A stretch of DNA of 63,984 nucleotides, the filler included, from Ionaspis alba (lineage: Eukaryota): NCBI GenBank assembly GCA_964255285.1. It is 7 parts of 7 records of this genome, joined end to end, with 100 filler letters (N's around TTAATTAATTAA, not from the genome) between each part and the next. Parts side by side here need not be neighbours in the genome. Positions count along the whole stretch, not along the records: positions 1 to 9,451 come from CAXUUL010000673.1; positions 9,552 to 18,977 come from CAXUUL010000674.1; 5 more parts are not named here. One strand, written 5' to 3'. A model generated the notes under the pieces. The model ran no database searches and was not told where the DNA came from. It saw nothing but the letters and a program-made list of their open reading frames with translations. Position numbers and translations under genes: made by a program. Below are positions 1 to 13,682 of this stretch, in pieces; position 1 is the first letter of the stretch, and every line of letters begins with the position of its first letter.

Positions 1-864
1 GAGGAGGGGAGAGATGATACGGTCTTTGAGTGGGCGGAGGGGGATATCGAACATGCTAGGAGGAGTACAAAGAGAATTGTGAAGAGAGGGACAGGGTGGA
101 TAGGTGGATGCTAGGATAGAAGCCCTAAGCGTTCCTCAGCGGCTGGTCAGCCTGTGACGTTTGCATTGCAAGGGAGGGTGCTAAGGAGAGTATGAAGTCC
201 ATGCTCTGCAAAAATCCCATGATTCGACCAATAGGAGTATTACAAGGTTGAGAACGAAGTCTTCACGGCATGATATCTCGCTCTATTCAAGTCACAGATG
301 CTTTAGATTCAAAGTGAGGATAATGTAACCAGCTAGCTCCCTCCATCCCTTCCACAACCCCATCAAAAGCCACTTATCCAGAGATCCATATCCAACGCCC
401 CTCAACTCCTTGGGAATCATCCAACCTCCCATTTCCCATCTGCTATCCAACAACACGAAAAACACCTCTTCGCCTTTCGTTCAATCACCACAACCGTCTC
501 TCGAAATGCTACTGAGCGAATAACTCATCAACAGCTCCATGAAGCAAGACCTAACCTCCATGGTCCCCTCTCTCTTGCTCCGAAACCGACAGGGAAGCAG
601 GTCGGAAGGCAAAAGTCCCAGGCACAACTTGGAGTCCCAAGTGCGCTGGTCTGCCCTCGAAGGCAGGTATGACTCCGCCTCTGGAACGTCCAATCCTTCA
701 TCTACCGCCTCGACTTCCCTCTTTCGCGTCTCAACCATCTACACGGTCCACCTCTCCTGTCCCAGCTGCATCTCCACTCCTGATCCTCCTCTAACTTCTC
801 CACCTCCCCAATCCCAACTCAATCTGCTCAACCCACACAAAAGCAACGCCCACACCCAGCCCAT

Positions 865-2901
865 TCAACCCTCAACAGCAACCACATAAAGCGTCAACTT
901 CTCATTCCTCCTCTGCGCCATCACCAAATCCGCATCCCCCCTCAGCGCCACATACTCCGCACTCGGCTCATCCTTATACTGGATACTCACACCGCCACTG
1001 ATCTTCAACCTCTCCTTCAGTTTATCCCTTAGAGCTGCAAATCCGATATCATTCGGCACCCTGATGGCGATCAGATCGTCATCGAAGAAGACTTTGATTT
1101 TCAACGCGCCGGACGCGGAGACGTTCGTCATGGATGTGTTGTGTGGAAGCGAGGGCGGAGTGGATGTTTGCGTTATGGAGGAGGGTTGGCGGTGGACGGG
1201 GTGCATGGGGTCGGCCGAGGGAGTGCGGTAGTGGGGTTGGGCAGCTGGATTGCTGGGCTGCGTGGCGGGATGCGCCCATTGGTGGGACGGCTGCTGGGAG
1301 GCGTAGCCGCCTGCTGCACCGCCGTTCATCTGGCCGTGCGAGGACTGGCGAGATGCGGTACGAGAGAGGGTATTGGCAAGAGAGGACTGCTGCGAGGTAC
1401 CCGAGAGGCGGTAATCTTCGCTCATGGCACGGGGATCGAGTTCGAAGTCGCCCTGTCTAGGAGCAAAGAGCTGACGGACGAGGTGGCAGCGGGAGATATA
1501 GGGAGGGAGGGAGAGGAGTTTCTTGACGTATTCGTTGAGGCTTTCGCGGCGGCCGTTAGAGATGGCGTCCGTGACGTAGGTAACGGGGCCGGGCATGAAG
1601 GGCAGGATGCGAGTGCCACCGTCGGTGGCGGCTTCGCGGGGGAATTCTTGCAGAAGTGCGATCTGGAAGTCGTAGAAGTTTTGGTAGAACCTGCTGAGTT
1701 CCCAGTGGGAGCCGTCTTCCATTACGCATTCGATTATGTACCAGTATTTGTCGTTTTCGAAACAGTAGCGTGGGATGGAGGCGGAGACAGGGGCGAGGAG
1801 CGTAGATTGAGAGGTGCGGTGTTGATTTTGCGGGCGGTCGGGTTGGGTGTAAAGTTGAGTTTGGCCCTGGGTTTTGGTGTCAGAAGTTATCGTAGAAGAG
1901 TGGAGGTTGACACTTACATAGCCGTTGCCGTTGACAGGATAAGGCTGTTCTCCGTTCCGCATGCTTTCACGAAGTTGTGCCTGTCCTGCGTTGCCAGTCT
2001 CGATCTTGCCTAATGTGATACTGCTCTTCTTGTAATCTGCGGCCATTTTCTTCCACTCCTCCACTTTTGGTACACCAGCTTGTTGCACGGCCTTCTGCAC
2101 ATCCGCTACTGCCTGACCAGTCGTCATATCCCGAACCTCAATAAATGTCACCGGTATCAATCCAGGTCCTCCTAACCGTCCTATCGGTTTTGCAACGAAC
2201 CATTCGGCGTTCGATTGAGCAATAACAATAATGGCTTCACCGGCTTTCGCCTCCAGCTCATCCGGTCTCTCCGCCACGAAATCATGTATCACAATCCCAT
2301 AAACCATCGCTCCCTTGCTCATACTCGACATCCTCGCGTGGCCCGGTGTTCTCGCCGTCGCAGTCGAATCGTTTCTTGTATGATTGCTCGCAGTCGAGTA
2401 TCCAGAGTCTGGCAATGTATAGCTTGAATTCGACGTTGTCGATCCCGCACTTTGCCGCTCCGTCTTCCCAATGATCTCAAAATACGACACTGGGACCAAT
2501 CCACGTGCACCTGGAATCAGCGGATTACAAGCATCGTACCAATCCGGGTCATTCTCTTGCCCAACAACGTGAAAGAAATCGCCTTTGACGAATCGAAGCT
2601 CTTGGGTATTTCCGGGATTTGGAGTGTAGTCGTGTAAGGCTTTTATGACCTATTCCCGTTGTGTCTCATATTAGCGCCGCAGTCCTGAGAAAAACTATGG
2701 CATGTCACTGGAGCGGAGACACGCTTACCTTCTTAGGAGGAAGAATTGCTATAGCGGATTTGGGAGTTATGGAGATATGATGTGGTCTCGATTCGTGCTT
2801 CTCGCCTTTGATGGAGCGCCGGATTGCCTGGGGACAATCGTGTCAGTCCTGAGCTCAATCGGTATGGAAATGTGTAGAAATACGTTTATCGGTACCTTCA
2901 T
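865..2901 (-). CDS. bem1: Polarity scaffold Bem1/Scd2 (SH3-SH3-PX-PB1), multi-exon
   Basis: ORF 865-2499 has an SH3 (HDFVAERPDELEAKAGEAIIVIAQSNAEWFVAKPIGRLGGPGLIP), a PX (YWYIIEC..SRFYQNFYDFQIALL) and a PB1 domain (LKIKVFFDDDLIAIRV). Spliced 5' exons read MK|AIRRSIKGEK...ILPPKK from the ATG at 2901. Confidence 0.95.
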
Positions 2902-5048
2902 GATGTGGCGAGGACGACCGCTCTCAGTAAAAGAATGACTCCTCTTCCTTCGTTCTTTGATGTTTCTTATTGCGCCTGCGCCGTGACTAAAAAGGGCATT
3001 GACTTATAGCGACCGCAGGTATTAGTCAGATATCGCCACTTTCGATGCCCTGATACCGAGTAAATCACTTCCAGGTATGAGTAGAATGTCTGCGAATGAA
3101 GAGATAGCGTCAGATGCGAAGTATATAACTGTAAGAATTGAGGAAGCAAAATGTTGCAAGCGTTGTGAATGTTGGAGGAAACCGATCTCAGGCCTTGGCA
3201 CGAAATTCCTGATGCTTCCGGTGGCTGGGATTGATGAACTCTGATTATTGCCGCAGCAATGAAGGATGCGCTTTCTGCTGGAGAGATAAAGATGAACGGC
3301 GGGGTCGTGAGTATGATTGCTGGCTGCGAAGAGATGAAAGGGCGGGCGGGTTTTGTCTAGTTGAGACAACCCGAACAATGCCAGTAGGGAAACGGCCTGT
3401 ATGTCTCCGGCTTCCCCAATCCGACTCTTTGGATCTCCTTAGGGTTTCCCACTATCTCGTTCTCGGGTCAAACTATCCAGCGCCAACGTCTCCGAGCTGG
3501 AGGAGTTCCACTGGTTCCCTGGCCAGATCAAGGGCTGCGATGAGGACAATGCCGGCGAAGTGGGTTTTGGTTCTGGCTAGTATTGTTGGGGTTGGAGGGC
3601 CTTTAGAGGATTGGCGCTATCGATAAAGGACACGATATCGCGACAAAGAAGAAGATCGCTGCGGCTCTAATCGATGATGATGATAATGCTCGAGGACTTC
3701 TGCCCTGGTGAGAATGAAGAGGCGGATACGTTGTCAAGAAGATACAGATCTCGAGTGGGGTGGAATGTGGGACAAGAAGTTCCTAGAACTACGGTTGGCG
3801 ATGGCGGTTTAGGTGCGCTCGCCGCCGTTCGCTCTCTATTGGGTCCCTAGTGGCAGCGGGAGAGATGGCGCGGAATGGGGTAAATTGGCCGGCCAGTCGT
3901 TGTTCAGAACGCAGGGTCTCGAGAGTTTCCCGACAGTACCTTGTGCGGCATCCACGGCCTGGATTCGCTCACAATATATCAGGTGCTGCTACTGTCACGC
4001 GTGGCAATCAAGAATAGACTCGAAGGACTGCGCACTACTTTACTCGAGTAGCCAATACCTGACCAGCTATATACACCGATTACATGAGGCTGACTGCCGC
4101 TTCAGTGCTCATCCCAAGCAAGCAGCATGGCGGGGCTGAGAAGGCTTTTGGCATTAGGCAGATCCGTTAAGGCTGCAGTCTGCCTTTCCAGGTACTCAGA
4201 ATGTCACTTACGATTGGACACACAAACTCTTTCAGATGCTTAGTCCTTCGAATGCCGAAGCCTTCAGGCCACCGCTACTGCTTCGGGGAGTTTGGAAGGA
4301 TCATTTAGCCTCCAGGACCAAGAGGAGCTGGGCATGACCTCGGCCCTTCGAGCCCATCTACTCTAGATAGTCATATCATCAGCTGGTAAGCATAGGACAT
4401 TATTCGATCATCCATCCGACTTACGAATACTCCCGCACTTCTAAGCAGCTATACGTGGTGAAGGAACGATGACTTCGCCGAGGATCACCATTGCTGCTCC
4501 AGGACGAACTCATGTTGTGCTGCCCGAGAAAATCTCTGGGCATAAAGACGTACTACGGTAACATGAACTGCCTCAAGAGATCGGCGTATTATACGAGCTA
4601 ACAACGTAGTAGAAGAGTGCACTACAACTCTGCATGCACTGTGCCTCGTCTCAACTTGGGCATTCCGTTTCAGGAGAATGGTGATTCAATTAAAAGTGCT
4701 TGTGAGCTAGATTAGCTTCATGATCAATTATGAAAGATAGCTCAGGAGATGGAATAGCCCCATCGTTCTCCTTCTAACCCAATCCTTCCTGTCCCTTCCT
4801 TATAGACCTCCCGTGCTGTTCTAATTAGTGGCACAGTTCGATTTAGAAGACCAACGCTGAAGACGGTTTGGGTAGTAAGGAAATGTATAAGGGACGGAAG
4901 ATCTTGACGCTCTAACGTGAAGGAGAATTGGGCGAACGACGACGATAGCAGATCCAGATACGAGTGAGAACATTCACAGTAGGACGACCAGCAGCATGGA
5001 ACAGAGGCGGAGAAAAGTGGTTTCATCACGATCAATCGATATGATAAA

Positions 5049-6714
5049 TCATATCTGACCTTTGATGTCCACTTTCCGGAACGCCGCTGCCTTGGCTGCT
5101 TCGAAGACAGCGCCGACTTTGCCGGTGAGTAGATAGACTACACCGTCTTGTTTCTCCAAAAACGAATCTTCAGGTTCGCTTCGGTAATCGTCAAGAAATT
5201 GTGCGCATTCGTGATCAGACTCGAAGCCAAGCTCTTCGGTAATGAGCCGAAGCTGGACGGACGGTCGATACCTACAGAAGTGATTAACCGTTGCTCAATG
5301 TGGGTATTGCGGGAATGACTTACGCTTTGCAAATGTTGGTCAACGCGGCCAGGCGCTCACGAGTAGCAAACATATCCATAAGATAGGCTCCCATGTTGGG
5401 TGTCTCGAGATAGAGCTGGAAAAATCTATGATAGTTCCCCAAAGCCAGGGCGGAGCGTGCTTCCAAAGCATGCTTTACCGCCGGCGCGTTTTTCTCTGCT
5501 GGTGTTAGATCTGCCAAGACGTCGTTCATATCGACACGGTTGCAAGTATGAATAAAATATAAGATCCGGTAAGCTTTGAATTCCGTGGGGTGGCCACCAA
5601 GGTTTTGTGCATAGAGTCCACGTAGCTGTGTCTGACATTGGTTATACTCACCCAAATCTCCCTTCTCCAAAGCAATTCTAGCATGGATCTCGTAAACGTT
5701 TACCGTGAAATCATTCTTGATGTGTTGGACAGTAAGATCCTGACGCATGGATTTAAACTGATTACAGATGAACGAATAGTTGCTTTCTGATTTCCATTTC
5801 TTTTTTAGGAGATCCAGTGTTTTCTCAAGGACATGTAGTGGGCGGACTTTGTCCGGATTTGGAGCAGCAGTGAGTCGAAAGTAGTCCTTCAGTAGATCTT
5901 GGCATCTTCCGACGATGGGCCCATCGTCTACGTCTGGCATTGGCGAATCGGGATAAGATGGTTGCGGAGAGATGAAACCATTCGAGCCACCTTCGAAGCG
6001 TCGTTTCCTGGTTTCGAGGTCCACATTTAACTTACTTGATGCTTTTCCCACTAGGTTGTTGTGTTGTCGTTTGTTCGGATGGGATATCCTATCCTCGAAG
6101 GCGGCGCTGTTGTTAGTGGTTGACCATGGTGGTCGGCTACCGTGGTCAGCCTGACCGAGATCTGCTTCGTATGATTTCCTTTTCTTCGAAGGTTTTTGGT
6201 GGCTGAAGACATTAGTATCTTGTACCTGGAGAGAAGAGAAATGATCGCTCCACGGAGGAATCACAGGCCGTTGAAGAGCAGCTAGACGTTCCTGCTGGAT
6301 CATTTGTTGGGGCAGTGGCAAAGAATCCCAGTCCACAGTGAGTAGAGTGTTACTTTCCGCAGCTTCCGAGATGACCTTTTTGAGCTTCTCCTCCATTTCG
6401 CTACGCGCAACATCAGGCATATTATTCTCTACAGCGAACGACCTTTGTACGTATTGTCGGACAGCTGGAGGCCATTCTCGTTTAGGCTTCTCCACTTTGG
6501 GGGCTGTCACTGGTAATGGTGCCATGTAGTGCGGTTGAGGAGGCGGGATGGGGTCAGGTGGACGCGCGAAGGTTCGTCTGGCAGATACGGGAGTAAAAGC
6601 AGAAGAGTCTGTGACGTGTTCAGTAAAAATCTAGGCAGGAATTTGAGAAAGCTCACATTGCATAGGACGATGTTCGGGGAGACTAGGTCTCCAAGGTGCC
6701 GTGGTGCTGGTCAT
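5049..6714 (-). CDS. SAC3/GANP/THP3-family (LENG8-like) PCI-domain protein, 3 exons
   Basis: Motifs KDYFRLTAAP, QFKSMRQDLTVQHI and YEIHARIALEKGDLGEYNQCQ. Exon 1 starts MTSTTAPWRPS (ATG 6714); last exon ends KVDIKGQI-stop at 5049. Confidence 0.9.
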
Positions 6715-7290
6715 TGAAAGGATTACGCAAGATTTGGGTATTCTATTGGGAAGGAAGGAAGAAAGTGGGGAGATGTGAGTAGATAAGAGAGTGCGCTGAT
6801 TCGCGAGAGAGCCCTTTTTTTTATCTCGTGTATGTGTTGAATGATGTTCAACGATGAAGTAAAGGCGACAATTGAGAAGTGAACAACGAAGGGAGCGTGC
6901 GGAGAGAAGGCCGGCGCCAAGAAAAGTTGTGCCAAGAGAGAGGATTAGTCATGCTTCATGCGGTGTTCACATAGTCCACCCATGACTTCCCTCCTTACAT
7001 GGTCATTTTACATCGCATGGTCTCCAAATATGTTTATATGCGAGCTCGACTTGTGACCCTCTACTTGGCCAATATACAGTAACTGACATAGTGGAACCAC
7101 CAAGTTGTTGTGCTCTGCTTGGCTGACACTGTATTGAGCGGCCTGAGTTTCGTCATTCCCGAATCGGAACTTGCCGATCCGATCTCGACTTTTTGTCGTG
7201 TGCCTGGAATGGAAGCAGGGAAAACCTTTTAGTTACTACCTTTGAGCTGTAATGCTTTATAGGCAAGACACTGGAGGATGATGGTTCTGA

Positions 7291-9336
7291 ATGTTTCTTC
7301 AGACACTCGACCTGACCACCGCTCTTCGGCCAGAACTATTGCCAGAAGAGACGCTTCTCTTTGTCCAAGACTCGGTCGGGCTGTATGAAGGGTATTATTG
7401 TGGCATGACAGCCACGTACATCCAGTATTGCTTACTCCTCGTTATTTAGAAAATATAAAATCCCTGAATATCAGAATGGCCATGTCTACCTCACTTCACA
7501 CCGCATATGTTACGTGGATAACGTGGAGCCTCGAAAGAACTCCACAGCCATCGAACTCAAGGCAGTCGAGAAATACGAATTTTATGTACACGACCTCTAT
7601 ATCTCTGTGCGAGCCTACCGTGCTGATCTCCAAGATAGGCAGGCTTCCTGAAGTCCTCTGCTAAGATTACATTATATCCTAAGGCCTCAAAGAGGTCATC
7701 TATCCAGCTGCGCAGTTCACTAGGTCTTCATAATCCCCATTCGTCCATCTACAATCCTTCGCGCAGCGCAACTGCCTCTCCTCTACCTCGAGGAGGAAGT
7801 CCTCTTGCTGGACAAAGTTCGACGGCAAGCAACCAGTGGCCACAAAGCGTGACTTGGATATGTCCAATATGCTCGTTTTCAAACCCACTACCAACCAACT
7901 TCGATCCTACGACGGCGAATGCGCAAACACCATTGCCTCCATGTCTTGCATGCGGCATCAAACCACCATTCGCTCACATACTGAAAGCTGCGATATCAAC
8001 AGCCTCATCCCGTCAAGCTCCTACTACCCCAAACCTTGGTTTCGCAGAGCCACTACTTGAAAGCTACCAGCAATACCACGGCGAAGCAACCGAAGACTAC
8101 GACTCATCCTTTCCACTGAACAACAGCTCAACGACACAACAATCAGCGTTCCAATGCCCCCGATGCACCTTCGAAAACCACCCCTCCCTGCTCTCCTGCG
8201 AACTCTGCGGTGCCTCTCTCATCTTCTCCGAAGCCTCAAACCCAGCTCTCCACAACGGCAGCATCACCCGCACAGACTCGCCCGGGCCATCCCTTGACGG
8301 CGGACACAAGCTATCCGAAGACACTCCCGAGCTCGTCAAGATCTCCTTCCGCGCCGGCGGAGAGAAGATTTTCCACGAGCGGCTGAAAGGCGCAATGGTG
8401 CAACGGAAGTGGCTTTTACAAAACGCGCCACCGATACCCGCACAGACCCACAAATATCCTGTCGATGCCAATGGTCCGCATCCTGGGACACCGGTTCACT
8501 TTGAGGAGGCGCGGCCGAGAGCGGTTGGCATAGCGGGATTGGAGCGCCTGGGGTTGGAAAGGCGCAGGAATAATGAGATGGTCATTGGGAGCGCGTTTGA
8601 GGATTTGGAAGCTCTGATGACGTCCGCGAAGGAGATCGTTGCTTTGGCGGAAAGCTTTGCTGAGAGGATGGGTGATCGCAACTCGGAAGCCAACACGCTT
8701 CTCAAAGAATCGGCGGCCGCACTTGGGATGGTGACGACGAAGGAAATGCTCGGGTCGAGCACTAGCACGGACTCGCTATATCTGTCTGAGCTTGCGAGAA
8801 ATCTCGCGGAGTATTTGACCGATGATCGGCAGGATATTCTGAGGAAAGAGGGTGGGATTATGAGCTTGGTTGATTTGTGGGAGATGTTCAATAGGACCCA
8901 GAATGGAGTGGAGCTTGTCAGTGCTCCTGATTTCGAGAAGGCTGCGAGGCTGTGGGGAAAACTCGGGCTTCCGGTGCGGCTGCGCGAGTTCAAGAATGGA
9001 TTGCTGGTTGTGCAACGATATGATCGGACGGATGATAAGACGATCGCTGAGTTACTTGCATGGCTACAGGAGCTACATTTTGAGGATCTGCCGGGAGATG
9101 GCAGTCTGGATTGGGCGCCATTTGGAAGGGGTGTCACAGCTCAAGAGACGGCGAGCAGGTTTGGCTGGAGCGTGGGTGTTGCGACGGAGGAGTTGGCTAT
9201 GGCGGAGGAGAAGGGCGTGCTTTGTCGGGAAGCGGGTATTGAGGGACTGCGGTTCTGGGAGAATTGGTTTGTGCAGGATGTGGATTTTGAAGATACTGAT
9301 ACATCGACGAAGCTGCAATCTATGCATATCCGTTGA
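7291..9336 (+). CDS. vps36: ESCRT-II subunit Vps36 (GLUE domain with NZF zinc fingers, EAP30 domain)
   Basis: N-terminus MFLQTLDLTTALRPELLPEETLLFVQDSVGLYEG. NZF fingers WICPICSFSN and FQCPRCTFENHPSLLSCELCG. Also AFEDLEALMTSAKEIVALAE and C-terminal winged-helix motifs. Confidence 0.95.
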
Positions 9337-9451
9337 GGAGGAGCCCGGCTAGAAAACATGATATATGCCAGGGTCTGATCGATGAAGTGGAGCCTATGAT
9401 ACTAGAGTGGAAGGATTTGGGTTGGTACTTAGTTGCATCAAGTAGGCATAG

Positions 9452-9551
9452 NNNNNNNNNNNNNNNNNNNNNNNNNNNNNNNNNNNNNNNNNNNNTTAAT
9501 TAATTAANNNNNNNNNNNNNNNNNNNNNNNNNNNNNNNNNNNNNNNNNNNN
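9452..9551. other. Artificial contig spacer (N44-TTAATTAATTAA-N44); also at 18978-19077, 28472-28571, 37938-38037, 47348-47447, 56758-56857
   Basis: Identical 100-nt linker with stops in all six frames. Intervening segments decrease in length. Confidence 0.97.
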
Positions 9552-11017
9552 CCACCAATCCACCAACCACAGTCCCGTCCACCCCCCATTTCTGCCGTCG
9601 ATCTTCTTGGCACACGTAAACCGCATGCAGATGGCACAATCGCACCGAGCCCCAAAGCTGCCGAGATTCATGCGTTTCTTCTGGTCGCATGCCGAAACCC
9701 GCATCTGCGTAGGCCGGGTGTCCAGAACCCCAGACCACGCAAATTCCGTCCTCTTGAGCAGAAAATACTGTAGATAGGCTCGCCCGCGAATCTGGTGATC
9801 AAGGGCCGATATCTCGCGAAGCACTGTGCGGGATCGAGACCGGCGCTTGGCGTAGATGGGGAGGTGCGCTTGTACATGGATTTCTATCCATAGCGGAAAT
9901 CTCTAAAGATTCTATATCTTGCGAAATAGAAATGCCTCACGATGCAAAGTACGATGATGAAGAAAAAAACCCTCGCTGCTCAGTCCCGTCCCAGAAATCC
10001 GATCCTCGGTACTCGATGCCTTCCTTCTCCCTCCCTTCCACGCTAGAACGATCCACAGCTTCTGGCAAACACTAGAACTTTGCGAACCGTGGCTGCGGTG
10101 AGAGAAATATCGCAGAGATAAGAGGTGGCGAATTGCTTGGATACTATGTCGAGGCTGGAGACGAGGGCTAGCGCTGCCCTAGTGGCATTTGGCCATGGGA
10201 GGAGGGTAAGACGGTGAAGATTGGAGGCGCAGTGCGGAACATGGCCCGAGGTAGATGTATATTTTGACGGAAGAGGCGTGTCAGAGTCAGTGTTCGTAGG
10301 TTTGAGGGGGAAGCTGGGACGGCTAATTGTGAAGGGGGCGGTGGGAACGAGTTGATTGATGCTGGTGGACTCAGGACGAGCAACCTTTTTAAGGGAGAGG
10401 AACGACTCAGTAGGGGGTAAGGTACCTGGATGGGGAGCACTGGAATGGGCAGAGGGAATGGCTGTTGTTGGTGAGCCTCTACTCGATACGGAACTGTTTC
10501 TGCGTGTGTTCAGCTTCTATGGTCACAGGGATATATATAGATCGGTGGTATTCACACATGCACGTACGAACAGTGAATTGAATAAGCGGATTCCATTCCG
10601 TAAAAGCCTAAAGTACATGAGATGGCGCTGTAGTGCGCGGCTTCGTCATCGAATGAACACTTCAACCACCAAGCACCATACCTTGACCTCGATTCCGTAA
10701 AACAGAATCCGGAGGACAAAAATTTTAGAGACGAGGACGACCTAGGTGAGGCCGAGAAAAACCCACCATAGCGAGGGTGACGCTTTTCTGCATCACTTGC
10801 CTGCAGATCTCAAAGAGAGCAAAAGAATTGCACGCAGAACACAGAGGGCCTCCTCACAATACGAAGACTGCCGTAAACACCATAACCCTATGCCGCTAAC
10901 ACAGATCTCCTCTCCACAGAGACAATCGACAAAAAGCCAAGGCGTCCTTAACGACATTAAAGTCATCCAACACGAGGACTAAATGGCAGAAAGGAGTGCA
11001 ACAGAAGCCACAAGTAG

Positions 11018-13682
11018 TTAAGTAGCACCAGGAGGAGGAGGCTGAGTAGGCGTCTGCCCTGGCATGACGAATCCTGGTGGGAACATGGGCATACCATTTG
11101 GCATCATGGGGAATTGAAACCCAAATCCAGGGACTGCAGGAGGAGCGCCTGTGTTGTTGCTGGTACTGTTGGTGTCGCGTTCGTTGCGGTCGTTCCTTTC
11201 AGGCTGGCGGAAGCGAGAGTTACTGGAGCTGCCGAGTGGTTCGCGAGTGGAGCGGGGTCCTTGCTGCCCACTCTTGTCTGTTTGCATGCGTCTGCTGATT
11301 GCTGTGGAGTATGTCAATACTACCTATCAGTGTACGGGGCCGAAGTCAAGACATACCTTTTGATGAAACACCAGCACCGATTTCAATATCGGGTTCTTCG
11401 ACGACGAGACCACTCTCGATAGGCTTGCCACCAGTGCCACCAAATTCCGCAGTCAACATCCACTTCCTATCGGCATCTGTCAAGCGTTCTATAGGAATGA
11501 TGCTGATGCCGGTCTGATAGTCGCTGCAGTCACGAGGTCCGAATCCTACACCCCAACGAGTCTGTTGTGTAATTAGCAAAGAGAATGTGGTGCGAGGTTT
11601 ATATCATCAAACTTACTCTCAATTGCATTTCTTGAGATTTGTAACGCTCCATGCCCTCCTTTGCTAGCATAGCTTCGTCACGAGTGATCATCTTGACAAA
11701 TGCATGGCGCTTGTCGACATTTACGATGCAGGTTTGCACCCTGCCGAATGCCAAGAAAATCTTGCGCAGGTCATCTTCGGAAGATCTACGTGGTTTGTTA
11801 GTTTTATTATCGTTCATTCAATAGAATACAAGGCCTTACGTTACTCCACCGACGAAAAGCGTCCTGCTGAGTACTGTCACGGTCGTTAGCTATTAAGCCC
11901 TGGAAAGTCTTACCCTAGATTTGGTTGAGGCCGACTCACCTTTGATCATGCCTTGCCCAATCGAGTGATCATACTGGATGAATTTAGGGCCAGGAACAGG
12001 CAGTGCCTGATCCTGACGACGTGGACTTGGGCTCCTACGGAACCGGGTTGGGCTTCGCTGGCGATACGAATCTCCTCGTCCACCACCTCGAGCAGTGCCT
12101 CGACGAAAATCGCTGCTTCGGCCATTGCGATCATTACCGTATTCACCATACACAGGACTATCACGACGGCGTGGTGGAGATGGATCACGACGTCTATCCC
12201 ATCCAGGCGGCGACCGAGACCTAGAGCGATTTCTATATCGACCTGGCGGTGATCGGGTATACTGCTGATCATATCCGTTACGGTCACGTGACGAATCATC
12301 CCTTCCATTTCCAGCAAAAGCTCCATACGATGCTGGATTGGGTGCGGGGGCAGCGCCAGCTCCGTTAGCCATAAGTACAGATAGTACAGCAGCCCATTGA
12401 TCCTGAGGAACACCCTGCGCTTTCAATGCTTGAAGAATTTGCAGTTGCTGCTGGAGAGTCTCAGGAGTTGTTACATTTGCAGCACCCTGAGGCACAGATG
12501 GTGGAGCAGCAGCCGGCAGAGCGGACTGCCCACTCGACATATTTTGGAGAAAGTTTTGAGCAGGATTCATTCCTGGGTACGACAATACACCATTGACTGT
12601 TCCAGCATTTACAGGCTGCACAGGAGGCATCGCAGCAGGAGCTGGATTTACGGACGGAGACGTGAACGTGTTCTGCGGATGTGTTACATTGCTTGAGCTA
12701 ACCTGAGTCGGATTTCCTGTCGCTGTCGGATTCTGTTTGGCCATGTTCGCTAGAGCTTGTAGATTGGCTAGAATTGCTGAGGTGTCCGGCGTCGGTGCCG
12801 CAGCCCTTGTTGATTGCTGATTCAGTGATATGAAGTCCTGAGGTGGCGTTCCATCGGGAGTCGTCGAATGTGCGGCTACATCAAACACCAGGTATCAGAA
12901 GGCTTTGTTACAAGAAATCAAAGAGATTGGGGACCATTCTTCTGAGGTAGACTAGAGCGACGGGATTTCTCACCATTTGAGCTCGGAGCGTTGAGCTTTT
13001 CTTTGAAAGTGTTCAACATTGCTGCTGGGAAAGTGGTGCCACGCTCCCAGATATCAATGAGCTTCTTCAGCTTGACCTAAGACGCAAGGAATACGTGAGT
13101 TTTTGCAATACACGAAATACGGAATACTCGGGATCAGTATTTTTAGATCGTAGACAACAGAATAAAGCATTCATGTATGTTTTATCCACATTCGTGTGGT
13201 CTAGCGGCACTATAGTGTTGAGTGACATCTCTAGGAAGCGTACCTTCTGTGCTTCGGGAGCAGTGTTTATGATGTCGGTCATGAAAGATGGAAGGAGCTC
13301 AGTCACATGGTTGACACCAGCAGCGAAGGTTCCATCTGCTGCAGCGGGACCTATTGTTTGCCCAGATTTCCGTGCCTGATCCAACCATCCGCGTGTCACA
13401 GAATCTACTACATACAGCACGCCTAGTTTGTGAGTTGCTGGAGCTTTCTTGAAGTGGGTATACACTTTCTGGATCAGGACGGTTTCAAACTATGCGAGCG
13501 AATAGCAATAATTAGCAAGTCGAACATATATCGTGATAAAGGGTTAGGTGCAGTAGACTTACCTGGACGTTCGCATTACATAGTGATGTGATGCTGGCAA
13601 TCTTTGGCGACGATACTCCTGGTGCTTTGAGCTCCAGCATAGAATGGAGGATACCATCGAGCTCTGCTACACATGAAGACAT
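11018..13682 (-). CDS. nrd1: Nrd1/Seb1-like RNA-binding termination factor (CID + RS-rich + RRM), multi-exon
   Basis: CID motif HKLGVLYVVDSV..KLIDIWERG, RS-rich linker, RRM (RTLFVGG..FGRVQTCIVNVDKRHAFVKM) and TRWGVGFGPRDCSDYQTGISIIPI..LTDADRKW..EEPDIEIGAGVSSK. ATG at 13682 gives MSSCVAELDGIL. Confidence 0.93.

Noticed and set aside
1141..2013. 290-aa plus-strand ORF and other long antisense ORFs (e.g. 8496-9137, 61039-61602)
   Set aside because: Shadow ORFs opposite well-supported genes, with no recognisable motifs.
4245..4299. Hairpin (CCGAAGC/GCTTCGG) upstream of bem1
   Set aside because: Short stem, expected by chance; no RNA family features.
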